Below, piece after piece: positions 1 to 12,690 of a DNA stretch of 48,274 nucleotides. The notes beneath the pieces were generated by a model, which saw nothing but the letters and a program-made list of their open reading frames with translations, searched no databases and had not been told where the DNA came from. Location: NCBI GenBank assembly GCA_943704415.1, contig CALSCO010000683.1:1-48274 (forward strand), read 5' to 3'. A program made the translations under genes and the position numbers. How positions within the stretch are numbered: position 1 is the first letter of the stretch; the number at the start of each line of letters is the position of its first letter. This DNA is from Parvularia atlantis. Lineage: Eukaryota.

Positions 1-63
1 CCCCCCCCTCTGACCGCGCGCCGCCTGTGTGCGCCCGCTCACCGCACGACGGCCCCGCCCCAG

Positions 64-2227
64 TTCTTTCACGACAAGGCCGCGACGGCCCAGCGCATCG
101 TCCGCGGCTTCCTGCAGCGGCGCCGGTACATCAGGCTCCGTCGCCAGCACCGCGCCGCGGTCAGGATCCAGGCAGTATACCGCGGACACAGGTGCGCCGG
201 AGCGACGGGCGGACAGCGGTAGCTCATGCCCGTCCCGCCCGGTGCAGGCACGCGGCGCGGTACCGCCGGATGATGCGCAGCGCAGTCGTGATACAGGCCA
301 TCGTGCGCATGCACCTGGCCAAGCGGGTGCGCGCGCAGACACACATATCGCGCGTGCCCGTTTCACCCACGCGGCATCGCAGGAACGTGCGCGGCTCAAG
401 CTCGAGGGCAACATCGTCAAATACCACCAGAAGCGCACGTTCATCTTTAGGGAGATCCTCTCGACTGAGGAGTCGTTCGTGTTGGACATGACCACCTGCG
501 TGGACGTGTGCCGCACGCGACGCGTCGCTCTCGACGCCGCCGGCCGCTTACGCCGCCCGCATCTGCGCAGGTGTATCTCAAGGGTCTGCGCGTGCTGATG
601 GACCCGAACATGGAACAGCGCCGGCGCACTGAGGACAGCCCTGCGAGCCCCAGTCCCGGTGCGCGCCGCGTTGCCTGCTGCGATCGCGCTTGATGCCGTG
701 CGCGCAGCACACAAGGCGAGCGCGAGCATGGCCACGAGCTCACCGAGCTCCGCGCGCCTCACACGGCAGCAGGCACGGGCGTTGCTCTGTGTCGCGGCGC
801 TCGCTGACGAGTGCGCACACAGACGGAGGGCGACATGTCCAACGCCGAGACGGTGAGCAGGATCTTCAGCAACATCGAGGTGCGTGCGCGCCCGCGGCCT
901 CGCCGACGCCGGTGCTCACGGCCTGCGCCGCGCGCAGGACATCCTCGCGCTGCACCAGAAGTTCCTGGGTGTGCTGCGCATGCTCGAGAAGGACTGGTCC
1001 GAGCAGGCGAAGATCGCGCACGCGTTTCTCGACATGGTGTGGGCGTGCGTGTGCCGGCAGCAGCACGGCTCACGCAAGCGGTGCACAGACCAACGAGCTT
1101 GACATCTACGAGACATACGCGATCAACTACGACGACGCCATGACGCTGCTCGAGAAGATGAAGAAGAACAACAAGACCTTCCGCGACTTTCTCGAGGTGC
1201 GTGCGGGGCGCACTCGGCCTCTGCCGGTGCTGACGCGCACGCGACGCAGCGGGTGTCGGACGTGCCGCGCGTTAAGAAGCTCGACCTGACCGGCTTCCTG
1301 CTCGGGCCCATCCAGAGGCACGAAGGCGGCGCGCGCCCTACCCGCGCACTCATGCGCGCCGTGCCAGGCTGCCGCGCTACGTCCTGCTGCTCAAGGACCT
1401 CGTCAAAAACACGTGGCCGGAGCACCCGGACCGGCTCGACCTGTCCGAGGCGCTGACGCGCATGCAGAAGGTGCGCGGCCGGCGCCGCGGCTCTGTGGGT
1501 GCCCCGACACGCCCCGTGGCCACAGACCGTGTCGTACCTGAACGACGCCAAGCGGATGGACGAGAATATCAAGCGCACCAAGTCGCTCCTGCAAAAGTTT
1601 CGCGAGCCGGCGCAAGTGCAGGTGCGCATGCGCCGGCGGCGACGGGTCACGGGCCGCGGGGCTGAGCGCGCGCTGTGCGTGTGCGGCAGGAAATCCTCAA
1701 CTCGCCCGACGTCGTGTGCATCTACGAGGGGCCCGTCGCGTCCGTGTCGGGCTCGCGCGCCGGCACGGGGCCCGACCCGAGCAACTCGCAAAAGTCGTGG
1801 CTGCTGCTGTTCTCGGACCAGCTCATCGTCACGCAGCGTAACAACAGCCGCAAGAAAGTGTACGCCGCCGGTGCGAGGCCCCGCCGCTGCTGCGCTGACG
1901 CTGCGCCACGACGCGCACACAGCGTCCAGGGCAAGGGTGCCGCGTACGTCAACACGGTGCGGTTCAACAACCCGGTCTCGATCACGATCGCAGACCTGCA
2001 GGAGGACGCGGCGCCGTTCGAGGACAAGAAGCACCGTGGGCCGCCTGCCGACGCTGACGCCGCGCACGCTGACGTCGACGCACGCGCACACAGCGTTCGG
2101 TTTCACTGTCTGCAGCGAGCAGCTCGTCTTCCGGTTCTTCGCTAAGACGGAGGAGGCTCGGCGCAAGTGGATCGGCGAGATCAACGCGGCGCGCAAGAAC
2201 CTGGTCGTGTGGAACTACTCCAAGTAA
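64..2227 (+). CDS. IQ-motif + DH-PH Rho guanine nucleotide exchange factor (5' end outside window; multi-exon)
   Basis: Spliced exons give three IQ motifs (AQRIVRGFLQRRRY, IQAVYRGHR, IQAIVRMHLAKR), DH motifs (REILSTEESFV, IFSNIEDILALH, FLLGPIQR|LPRYVLLLKDL) and a PH domain (WLLLFSDQLIV ... RKWIGEI). Stop TAA at 2225-2227. Confidence 0.88.
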
Positions 2228-2395
2228 CTTCACGGCGATCTGTTGTGATTAATTCTTCTTCTCTGCCTTTGCTTCTTGAGGCCACATGCGCACGGCGCCG
2301 CACAAGACAAGCGGCAGAGGCGCGCGGGTTGGGAGACACACAACGGACGCACACGGCACAGATTCGGGCTCGACCATGGATCTTTTCTGCACGCC

Positions 2396-3678
2396 TCACG
2401 CCGTCTTCTTGGGCGTCTTGGGCGGCGGCCTGGTGCGGCTCAGGCCGTGACGCACGCACACAAAGCAGCGCGGCACGCACCGGTATGTGCCGATGACGAC
2501 GGCGTGGTCGCGCTCGTACGGCTCGAGCGTCAGCTGCTCCTGCGGCTTGAGCTGCTCGACCTTGAGCTTCTCGATCTCCTTGGCGAAGACGACGGCCGCG
2601 TCGACGGTCGAGTCAATGCAGTTGGCCTGCGCGCAGCGGCCGTCAGCTCATCCCATGCGCCCGCACGCGGCCACCAGCGCGCGCGCACCTTGATCGAGAT
2701 GACAAAGTGACCCTGGTTCTTGAGGAAGTGGTGCGCATTGATCGCGACGATGCGCGCCTGGTCCGGCTGGGCCACGTCCGCAAAGACCACGTCAACCATG
2801 CCCACGAGCATGCGGTACTTCTCCGGCCGCCGCGCGTCCTCGACGATCGGGATGACGTTGGTGCGCTTCTTGGCCATGTTGATCAGGTCGCGGCCCGAGC
2901 GCGGCGAAAACTCGACGGCGTACACGAGGCCCTCCTGCGGGTCCGCGGTCAGGCCGGGCGGTGCAGCGTGCGTCGCACACGCACCGGGCCAACAATGTCC
3001 GCCACGTGCGAGACCGACGTGCCCGAGGCCGCGCCGAGGTACAGCACCTTCATCCCGGGCGCGATGTAGATCTTGTCCACGCCGCCGAGGATGGCCGCGG
3101 CCAGCTTGGACCGGAACGGGTTCCACACGCGGTACTCGACCTTCTGCCCGTTGTCCTGCTCGCGCGTGCGCATGCGCGTGGCGTTGGCCGCGGGGTGCGC
3201 GGGGGGAGAAGCTGTCACGCGCACGCGCACCTCCACGCTTATCCGCTTCTCGCCGTAGACCGACTCGCCGGGGACGAGGTTGCGCGTGAGCAGCGCGTCC
3301 TCCTTGCCGCGCGCGATAAAGACGCCTGTTCCACGCCGTCAGCCGCGGCCGGGCGTCGCGGCCAGCGCCGCGCGTACCCTCGTGCCGGTGCGGCTCCACG
3401 ACCACCTTCGAGCCGCCCTTCATGCCCGGCCGGCCGCCGCGCTTCCCCGCGCCGCCACGGCCGCCGCCGCCGCGACCGCCGCCACCGCGTCCTCCGCGAT
3501 CAAAGCCGCCGCCGCGCCCGCGGCCGCCGCCGCCCCGGCCGCCCCGGTCGAAGCCGCCGCGGCCACCGCGGCCGCCGCCCCCGCGCCCGCCACGGTCAAA
3601 GCCGCCGCCGCCCCGGCCGCCGAAGCCGCCGCCGCGCCCGCCGCCGCCGCCGCTGCCGCGCGCCGGGAAGGGAGCCAT
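2396..3678 (-). CDS. FBL: Fibrillarin (box C/D snoRNP 2'-O-methyltransferase) with N-terminal GAR domain
   Basis: RGG-rich N-terminus, then [47 protein letters not shown] and [15 protein letters not shown], all hallmark fibrillarin/Nop1 motifs. Confidence 0.97.
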
Positions 3679-3740
3679 CGCTGGTCTGGTAAAGCGAGAG
3701 GCCGCGTGGCAAGCGCTCGGAGCATTCGAGAAGGTGCTGG

Positions 3741-6635
3741 TCACTCCTGCGCGCCGAGCTGAGCGATGAGCTCGTCGCAGATCTTGGTCAGCTCGGCGTT
3801 CTCGCGCTCCTTGGCCTCGAGCGACGCCTTGAGCGCCTTGGCCGTCAGGTCCTGCGCGCATCGCGTGAGCCCTGCGGGCCGGCGCTGCCGGCCTGTGCGC
3901 GGCGCACGCACCGACTTGGTCAGCTTGGCGTTGAGCGTTGAGACCTCCTTGTCAAAGTGCGCGCGCACACGCGCGATCTCGACGTTGGCCCTGTGCGCAT
4001 GTCCACGCCGCGTGAGCGGACGATGGCGCGCCCCGAGGTGCGACGCACGCCGTGATCTTCTCCTCCGCGTGCGACTTGAGCACCTCGTAGCGCTTGTGGC
4101 TGTTGCCCAGCTCCTCCTGCAAACCCGTGACCGTCTGGCGCAGCGTCTCGTCGTTCTGCGGCGCGGGGTGTGTCAGCCGCGCAGCCCACGCACACGTACC
4201 CGCGCTGCCTGCCGCGCACCTTCTTGTACGTCTCGATCATCGCCTTGACGTTGTCGTACCGCTCGCGCATCTCCAGGAACGAGCGCTCGACCTCCTGCGC
4301 CTCCTTGGCCTGGTGCGCGCGCGCGCGACGTCCCGTCAACCGCGGCGCGGTGCGGTGCAGGCGACCGCAGCGCGTACCATGCGCGCGTTGTCGGTTGACA
4401 GCGCCAGGATCCGCCGCGCGTCCTCGTCCTTGGAGGCCTTTGTTTGCGCTGGCGCGGCGGCCCCGCGGCTGTCAGGATCAATCACAGCACGCCACGCAGC
4501 ACGCACCGATGATCGCCGCCATCGTCTGCTCGTACTCGTCTACAACCTTTTGCATGCGCTGCGCACGCACGGGGCCGGTCAGCGCTCCGGCGAAGCGCAC
4601 AGACAGCACGCGGACGCACTTTGCGCTGGTCGGCCTCCTGCTTCCAGCGCCGGTCGAGCTCCTGCAGCTCGGCCTGCAGCAGCTCCTTCTCCTTCGCCGC
4701 CTGTGCGCAGCCGCGCCGGGCGTCAGAGAGCAGCGCGCCCGGCGGCCGTAGGAGGCGTGCCTGGTCGCCCATCATCGCCTTGAGGCGCTCCACGTCACGC
4801 TCGGTGTACTTGGGCACCGAGGCCGGGCTGGGTGCCTCGAGATTGACGTCCAGCAGCGACACGACGCGTGTCCCGCCGTGATCTGTGCGCTCGCTCAGGC
4901 GCTGACCACGACAGGCCGGCAGGCGCACCTGGCGTGATCGCTGGCTGAGGCCGGATGAGGCCGGACGACACGGATGGCACTGGCTGACGGCGCATGCACG
5001 GTCAGCGGCGCGTACGGCCCGTGTGCCGCGGCTGCGCACCCTGGGCGTCTCGAAGCCGATCATCCACTCCTGCGTCGCGAGCGGGTCAAACTGCTCAACG
5101 CTCTCGACCGTAGCCGCAGGCAGTTTCTGCGCGAGCACGTCAGCGACTTGGCTGCGCGCGCCAGGCGGTCGCACTGTCTGCGCCTGCTGCTGGGCAGCGA
5201 CGGGCGCGAACGGCGCTGGTGCTGTTGCTGGTGCGGGAGCTGGCGCGAGCACCGCTGCAGCAGTTGGGGCAGGTAGGGGTGCAGGTGTCGGTGCAGATGG
5301 CGGCACGGGTGCCGCGATAGTCACAGCGACCGCCAGCACAGGTTCAGGCGCGGGCTCGGGGACGGGCTCAAACGTGGGCGCGGACTCCAGGACGGGCTCA
5401 GGCGCGGGTTCAGGCGCAGATGGCGCCTCCACGGCCGGCGACGGCGCCCGGTCGGCCACAGGTTCGTCCGGGGCGGGCAACGGCATCAGTGGCGACTCCA
5501 CAGCCGCTGCCTCGCGCCTTGCGAGTGCCTGCTGCGCCCGTGCGCGGATGTCGGCGATCTTGGCGCTCGCGGTGGCCGGCGACAGCGCGGCGCCGCGCTC
5601 AGATGCCCGCTCCGAGGCCTTCTTGGGCGGGTTCTTCATCGATGACAGGACCGGGCGTGCGCGCGGTGGTGCGGCGGCGTTGCCCGGGGCGCCGCCAAAG
5701 TTGATCTCGAGAGCAAAGTCGTCGCCCGCCGCGGTCTCGGCAGGCTCGTCGGACCGTGGTGCCTCTGCGGCGGTTGCCGGCGCCGGGTCTGCGGCCGTGG
5801 ATGGCGCGGCTGTGGGCCCTGCTTTCTCGGCCGATCGTTCGGATGCCTGTGCCGTTGACAGCGTGTGAGTGCGTACAATGCCCGGCTCGGTGCAAGCGTT
5901 CTGACCTTCTTTGGCGGGTTGCGCATTGACGAAAGTATCGGCATGGGCCGCGCCGGCGCGGCGGCCGCCTTGCCCCAGACGATCTCGACCGCCTCGGCAG
6001 GTTCTGCTGCGCTGGTCGCGGGAAGCGTTTGCTCGTCGAAGCTACTCGCCTTGACTGGCAGTGGTTGGTCGTCAAAGCTACTCGTCTTGGGCTTGTTCAC
6101 GGGCAGTGGTTGGTCGTCAAAGCTGCTCGCCTTGACGGGCAGCGGCTGCTCGTCGAAGCTACTCGCCTTGACTGGCAGTGGTTGGTCGTCAAAGCTGCTC
6201 GCCTTGGGCTTGTTCACGGGCAGTGGTTGGTCGTCAAAGCTGCTCGCCTTGACGGGCAGCGGCTGCTCGTCGAAGCTGCTCGCCTTGACGGGCAGTGATT
6301 GGTCGTCAAAGCTGCTCGCCTTGACTGGCAGTGGTTGGTCGTCAAACAAGCGCACGGCCGCGCTCTTGACCGCCCGCCCGGCGCCCGTCGGCGCGTCGTT
6401 CTCGTCCGCCCTGGCCGTCGTGGCCATGCTCTGCTGCAGCGCCGCGCGCACCATCTCCTGCCAGCGCGCGTCAGCAACCCCCGGCCCCCCACGGCCCGCG
6501 CGTGCACGCCTTGGCCATCGCAAGATACACGCGGTCGTCGTCGGCCGGCGCCGCGGCCTCATCCAGCGCCACCGTGCGCTGCGCACCCGCCAGCGCGCTC
6601 TGCACAACGTCCGCCGCCGCACTGTTTGGGTCCAT
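3741..6635 (-). CDS. TACC-domain (transforming acidic coiled-coil) spindle protein with long Pro/Ala-rich N-terminus
   Basis: C-terminal coiled coil ending [27 protein letters not shown], the typical TACC C-terminus; also [24 protein letters not shown] and [13 protein letters not shown]. Confidence 0.8.
6020..6347 (-). repeat. Coding tandem repeat: 9 copies of (KASS)FD[DE]QPLPV, 36-bp units with periodic 45-bp variants
   Basis: Directly visible in the DNA (repeated ggcagtggttggtcgtcaaagct...) and in the translation within the TACC gene. Confidence 0.95.
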
Positions 6636-6677
6636 GGCAACGCGAAACAGGAACTGTGATCGGTTGCCAGGCACAGG

Positions 6678-8772
6678 TCAAAAAAAGGTGGTCGCGACGC
6701 GCGTGAACCGGCCGCGCTTGGGCGGCGGCCCGCCCGGCGCGGGCTCGCCCGGGTGCTGCGCGGCCTGCTGCAGCTGCCGCGTCAGCGACGCGTTCTTGAA
6801 GCGCTCCTCGTGCAGCTGCCGCTTGAGCTCCGCTCCCGGCTGGCGATCGAAGCGCTGCACCAGTTCCTGCGCCGTCGGCCGCAGCGCCTTGGTGGCGCTG
6901 AGCATGCGCTGCGGGCGGCGGCAGCGAGTGGGTGTGAGATGCGCGGGCGGGCCGGCGGACGACGCACTCGCAACAGCGCGTTGAACTCGGCCGAGTAGCT
7001 GTCGACCGACGGAATGTCGTCGCTGCGCAGTGCCGCGTACTCGTCGCCGTCCTTGGGCAACTCGCGCCGGCGGGCCTGCGCGGGCACGCACGCGTCGCCT
7101 CGGGCCCCATACATGCGCACCGCATACGCACGCACCAGCTCGTACAGCGACAGGCCCAGGGCGAAGATGTCGGCGCGGGGCAGGTCGGTGTAGTCGTCCT
7201 GATACAGCTCCTGCCGCGCCGTGAGCTCGCGCGTCAGCCGAGCGGTCCGGCCCGCAGAGCGCGCGCGCGCACGTTACCCGACCTTTGCGAGGTACCGGCA
7301 GTCGCCGTCCTTGACGGCCGGGTTCTCGATCGAGGTCATGTGGCCGAGGTCGCCGATCTTGTAGATCGGGTGCTCGTCCACCGCTTCGGGGTCACTGCTC
7401 TCGGCGTGCGCGGCCGTGCGCAGGCGCGACTGGAGGCTAAGCGGCACGCTGGCCGTGTGGTGGTACTTGACGAGGATGTTGCGCGGCTTGATGTCCATGT
7501 GCGCCATCTTGTTGGCGTGCACGAACGCAAGGCCCTGCACGCACCGTGCCATCAGCACATGCCAGCCATCACTAGGCGCAGCGACGCGCAGCGCACCTTG
7601 GTCACCTGGCAGAGGATGTCGAGCAGCCGCTCTTCCGTGTACCCGGGCCCGACGTCGAGCGCCCTGGGCACGCGGCGCGCTGAGCACGACAGCGCAACAC
7701 CACGTCCGGCACGCGCACCCGCCGTCGCACAGCTCCGTCTGGACGTAGATGTCGCCGTTGGGCTCCGTCCAGACCGAGTAGTAGCTACGCCCGCGGGAGT
7801 GAGTTCGGCCGATGCGCGCCGCGCGCGTGCGCACCGGACGATGTTGACCACCTGCTCCTGGTCGCCGAGCGCCGACAGCGTCGCCAGGGCCTGAATCTCA
7901 CGCAGCGCGCTGCTGTGCGACCTGAGGCGCGCACACGCGATCAGCACGCCGGTGTGCGCGCAAGCACGGTGCGGCGCACTTAAACTTGGCCTTCTTGAGC
8001 TGCTTGATCGCGTAGAGGCAGCCGTCGGTGCGGTTGCGGCACTTGTACACGACGCCGTACTCGCCCTGGGGCGGCGGGGGCGCCTCAGCGCGCGTGCGCA
8101 CCGTGCGCTGGCTGGCACCTCGCCCAGCCGCGACAGCTCCTCAAAGTCGCTCAGGTAGCGCGACGCCGTGGCCGGCACGGGGCTCGCGATGCTGTTGGCG
8201 CCGCTCGAGTTGCGCTTGTACCGCGCGAAGACGACTGCCGCGTTGCCGAGCTCGTGCAGCGGCGTGCGCGCTGGCGTCCCTGCGGCGGTCCCCGCTGCTC
8301 AGCGCGCGCGCGCCCTGTCGTGGCAGCGCACCGCGCACGGGCGACTGGTCCGGCGACTCGCTCACGCCGGCGCCGAAGACGAGCTGGCGGCGCGCGTCGA
8401 CGACCCGTGCGGGACTGGCGTTCGGTGAGCCGGTGCGGCAGGGCGCGACGGCGAGCGCACGCACCTCGGCGCGCTGCGCCCGCCGCTGGCGAACGCGCTG
8501 TCGTCGGCGCCGCCCACCGGGTGCCACGCGTCGTCACCGTCGTCGTCGCCGTCGCCGTCGCTGGCCTTCAGCGCGGGCGAGAGCGGCAGTGGCGCGCGCG
8601 ACCGTTGCTCGTCGTCGGGCGGCGTCAACGGCTGCGAACTGCCCACGGCCGGCGGCACGGCGCGCCACAGCTGCTGCTGCTCATGCGGGCGCGTCGGCGT
8701 GGCCGGGTGCGGCGCGGGCGCGTTAGGCGGCGACGACAGCAGCAGGTGGAAGCCGTCGAAGCCTTCGGTCAT
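6678..8772 (-). CDS. WEE1: Wee1-family protein kinase
   Basis: SRYLSDFEELSRLGE|GEYGVVYKC, GCLYAIK, HMDIKPRN, YKIGDLG, DGDCRYLA and ADIFALG; C-terminal coiled coil LHEERFKNASL resembles animal Wee1. Confidence 0.92.
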
Positions 8773-8837
8773 TTCTATTGTGGTTCAATTTTTTTTTTTG
8801 GGGGGGCGCGCTTTTTCGTGGACAAGTGCCGCGCGGC

Positions 8838-11800
8838 TCACGCCACGTACTCAAACTGGTCGGGCTGCTGCTCGGACCGCTGCAGATACTCCTTCTCCAG
8901 CAGGATGTCGATGCATTTCTGCGCGGCGCGCGCGTGTCGTCAGCGGCGGTCGCCCGACGCGCCAGCGGCCGCGCCTTGATGTCGGCAACGCTCGGCTTGA
9001 AGCGCGCCTGTGTGCGCCGTCAGCGGCCGCGCCCCAGTGCCGCGGCGCGCACACGCACTTGCAGCTGCGTGATGACCTCGTTAACCAGCGCGACGTGCTT
9101 GAGCACCTTGCGCGTCTTCATGATGCGCACGATCGCGGCCTGGCGGCGGCCAGGCTTTGAGCCCCCGCGCCGCGGCCCATGCGCAAACGTGCACACCTGG
9201 ATCAGCAGCTTGCGGTCCTCCTGGATGTTCTTGTGCGTCTCGTCCTGCTCGGTCTTCTGCTCGGCCTTGAGCGGCATGTTGAGGTTGACCTTGATCTTCT
9301 TGCTGCGGGGGCGGCAAATGCACGTGAGCGACCAAGCGCGCGCTGCTGGGCGGACGCGCCACCTCTTAAAGTCGTAGTTGAGCGCAAACTTGGACTTGGG
9401 CTGGATGCTGTCGTCGGCGTCGCCGTTGAGCACGCGCGCCTTGACGAGGATCGTGAGCACCTGGCGCGAGCGGGTGAGCGCACGCGCCGCGCGGCACTGA
9501 TTGCACCGCACCTGCTTGAGCACGTCTGGCGCAAGCTGTGTGCTCGCCGCGAGCTCTTCCAACACATAGTTGTCCTGCGTGTTGTACTGCAGCAGCACGC
9601 CCATCTGGAACGTCGAGACCTGCGCCGCGCCGGCGTCAGCGTGTCGCACACCCGCGGCAACGCGTGCGTGCCTGGAAGGTGTAGCCGGTCTTGGATCCGC
9701 GGCAGTAGCTGGCCTTGAGCTCGCCCTTGGACAGCTGGAACAGCCAGTTGAGCTTGCGCCCGCTGTGCTTGGCTTGATAGAAGCGCTGGAAGCGCGTGAC
9801 CGCGCGCTCAAACTGCGCACGCACGCACGACTCGTCAGCCGATGCTCTCTGCGCCATGCGTGCCCCACGCACGTCCTGCGGGATCGCAAACGGCGTCGTC
9901 GGCTGGCTGAGTGGCCACGCACCCGTGCACAGCACCAGCACGTTGATGTCGACTGCGGCGGGGGCGTGCGGCCGGTGAGCGGGCACGGAAATGGACACAG
10001 CGACCCGCAGCCAGCGCACTCCCGAGCTCGTCCGTCGCGTGCTGCTTCTCGACGTGCTCGCGGAAGTCCGAGTTGAGGTCGCGCGAGGTCTGCATGTCAT
10101 TGAACATGCGGTGTAGCTTCGACGTGTACTCGTACCCGCACGCCTCCTACATAGGCGTGCGTGTGCCGTCCGTCGGCCGTTCGTTCACCGCCGTGCGCAG
10201 CCGCCCCGCGCACCTTCAGCTTCGAGATCATGCTCTCCTCGGCGTCCTCGAGGGCCGACATGTTGTTCACCAGGCGCTTGGCCAGCATCTTGGAGTAGAA
10301 CTTCTGGAACACGTCCTTGTCCTCGACGTACTTGAAGACGATCATCTGCGTTTCCCGGCGCGGGCGTCGGCGTGCGCGCGAGCGGCGGCGCAAGGGCGCG
10401 CCACGCACCACGTCCTTTAGCACCTCCTCCAGCTCCTGCTCCTCGGGCGTCTTGGGGCTGCGATCGCCGTGAGCGCCACGGCCCAGCCAGCGGAGCGCGT
10501 GCGCGCCGCACCCTTTCCGCAGCAGCGTGTCGCAGTACCGCGCGAGCAGCTCGGGCGACTTGGTCGAGTTCTTCTGGCACACGGTGTTGCGGTTGACAAA
10601 CTCGCGGCACGCCTGCGGGCGCCACATGTCAGGCGGCGTGCGCTTGTGTCTTCTGGCGCACGCACCTTGTCAAGCGACGCCACAAAGCCCGCGTCCCCGC
10701 TGAACGCCTTCGTCACGAGCTCGCCGTACTTCCTGTGCACGGCCAGGAGCGCGTCGACGTAGCTGGCCGGCTCCTGCATCGATAGCCGCAGTCAATGAGC
10801 GCTTCGCGCACACCCGCGAGAGCGCACGTTGTCGGCCACATCGGCCACCTTGTCGACCGCCTCGGCGCCCATCGTGCGTACGTGCTGCCAGACGCCTCAG
10901 TGCACCGCGCGGAGGGCAGCGCTGCCAGCGCGCACCTTCTCAAACGCCGCGCGCAGCGGATCGAGCCCGTTCTTGAGCCGGCTCATGAGCGCAAACATAC
11001 GCTTGAGGTCTACCCGTGCGCCCGCACTCAGACGCCGCGCGCGCGAACTCCCTCGCCTCCTCCGCGCAGGCTCACCGTCGCCTTTGTCGTTGGCCAGGAG
11101 CGAGGGAAACTCGTCGCAGATGGCGTCCTTGTGCGCCTCGATTAGGCACTTTTCGCACATCTCAATCAGCTGCAGAGGCGGGTCAGCGCGTGCACCGTCC
11201 AGGCAGGCCGCGCTGGCCGACGCACGGGCTTGCGCGAGCTGGCGTAGAGGTACAGGTGCACGCGGTTCTCCTCCTCGGCCAAGCGCGCCTCGACCTTGAT
11301 CAGGTACTCGGTAATGCTATTGTCGCGAATAAACTTGTCCGACTCGGTCTGGTAGTACTTGGCTGTCGCCTGCGGGCCCCGCGCCGTGCCCGTCAGCCAC
11401 CGCGGCCGGGCTCGACGCGCGCATGCGCCGCACCTGCAAGAAGGGCGCCTCAAAGTGGTTCTGGTACACGTCGAGCGACGTCTTCTTCATGTCGCTCTCG
11501 TCCAGGCCGAGCGAGACTGCGCCCCGCGGCAGGGCGTCAGCGCATGCCATGCGGGTAGCGTGCCGGCCCGCACCGTAGCAGTTGACCACGCCCTTGATGA
11601 GGTTCGTGTTGATGCCCTCGCCGTTGCGCTCCTTTTCCACCAGCTCGATCGCGGCGTTGGTCACGCTCGCCTTGAGCTCCTCGAACAGGTGCTGCCGCCA
11701 CACGACGAGCGCCATCTGCGGGCGCGTCAGGAGGCTGGCGCGCGCGCGCGGGGGCGGGGCTCACCGTCGACACCTCGTACACGTTCTTCTTGCTCTCCTC

Positions 11801-12383
11801 GATGCCGCGCTTGATCCAGAAGCGGTTGAGGTAGTCGAACAGGTGGTTGAGCACCTTGGCCGAGCGCGTGTACCGCGCCCACTCGCGTGTGAAGTAGATG
11901 AGCCGGTTCTCGTCCAGCATCGGCTCGGCGCCCTGGCGCGTACAAGACCGTCAGACCGCTTGGGGCGTAGCCCGCGCGCAGGCAGGCCCGTGCCTCGCGC
12001 AGCTTGCGCATGTGCTTGACGAGGTACTCGTTCAGTGACTCGTACATCTCCTGCCCGCCAAACTTGGCGCCTGTATGGCAAAGCGCGGTGTCAGCCACGG
12101 GTGCGGCGCCACGCGCGCGCGCGCGGCCCACGCCTTGCCCGGACGGCCGCGTGTCGGTCGCGGGCTGCGGCGTCGGCCGCGTGCAGAACTTGTAGATTTT
12201 GTCGTACGTCTCCATGTACGGCTTGGGCGCCCAGCCGGCCTCAAAGTCGTTCAGTACCCTGCGCACGCCGCGGGGGTCGTAAGCCCGCGTCGCTCGCCGT
12301 GTGCCGGCGTGCCGCGCTCACCTCGTCAGGGCGGGCTCGACGGCGGCCCAGGTTGAGCCAAAGTCCATCTCCTTGGCACCCAT
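8838..12383 (-). CDS. CUL1: Cullin-1-like SCF scaffold
   Basis: [50 protein letters not shown], and the neddylation motif [11 protein letters not shown] ... [12 protein letters not shown]. Confidence 0.95.
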
Positions 12384-12690
12384 GCGCGCGTGCGGGTGCT
12401 CGGTCGGCGGCGGCGGCACTTGCCTGGCGTGCGCGCGCATCACGCCCGCGTCAGCCCGTGTGACGACGCGCAGCGGCAAAGGGCAGGGCGAGCGCAAGCC
12501 AGCGCGGGCAAAGAGCACCACGTCACGATAGGTACGTCGGAGGGCCGGCGGGAGGCGCGACGTGCGCGCCGAGGGTGGTGGCGCACGCCGCGCACGGCCG
12601 GCCAGCGAACAAGCCGCCACCTCAGCAGAATTGTATACTCGGACATTAATTAGTATTGGCAATCGACGTTCTGTGACACCGTGGCATGAG

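Noticed and set aside
2628..2688. Possible box C/D snoRNA in a fibrillarin intron (GATGA...CTGA)
   Set aside because: The motifs are adjacent in a ~60-nt intron, and the CTGA is simply the branch-site GCTGAC; there is no room for a snoRNA.
3420..3665. Pro-rich plus-strand ORF / GCC repeats
   Set aside because: This is the antisense of the fibrillarin GAR (RGG) domain.
6020..6347. 36-bp direct repeats suggestive of a CRISPR array
   Set aside because: The units are contiguous with no unique spacers, stay in frame within a eukaryotic gene, and no cas genes are present.
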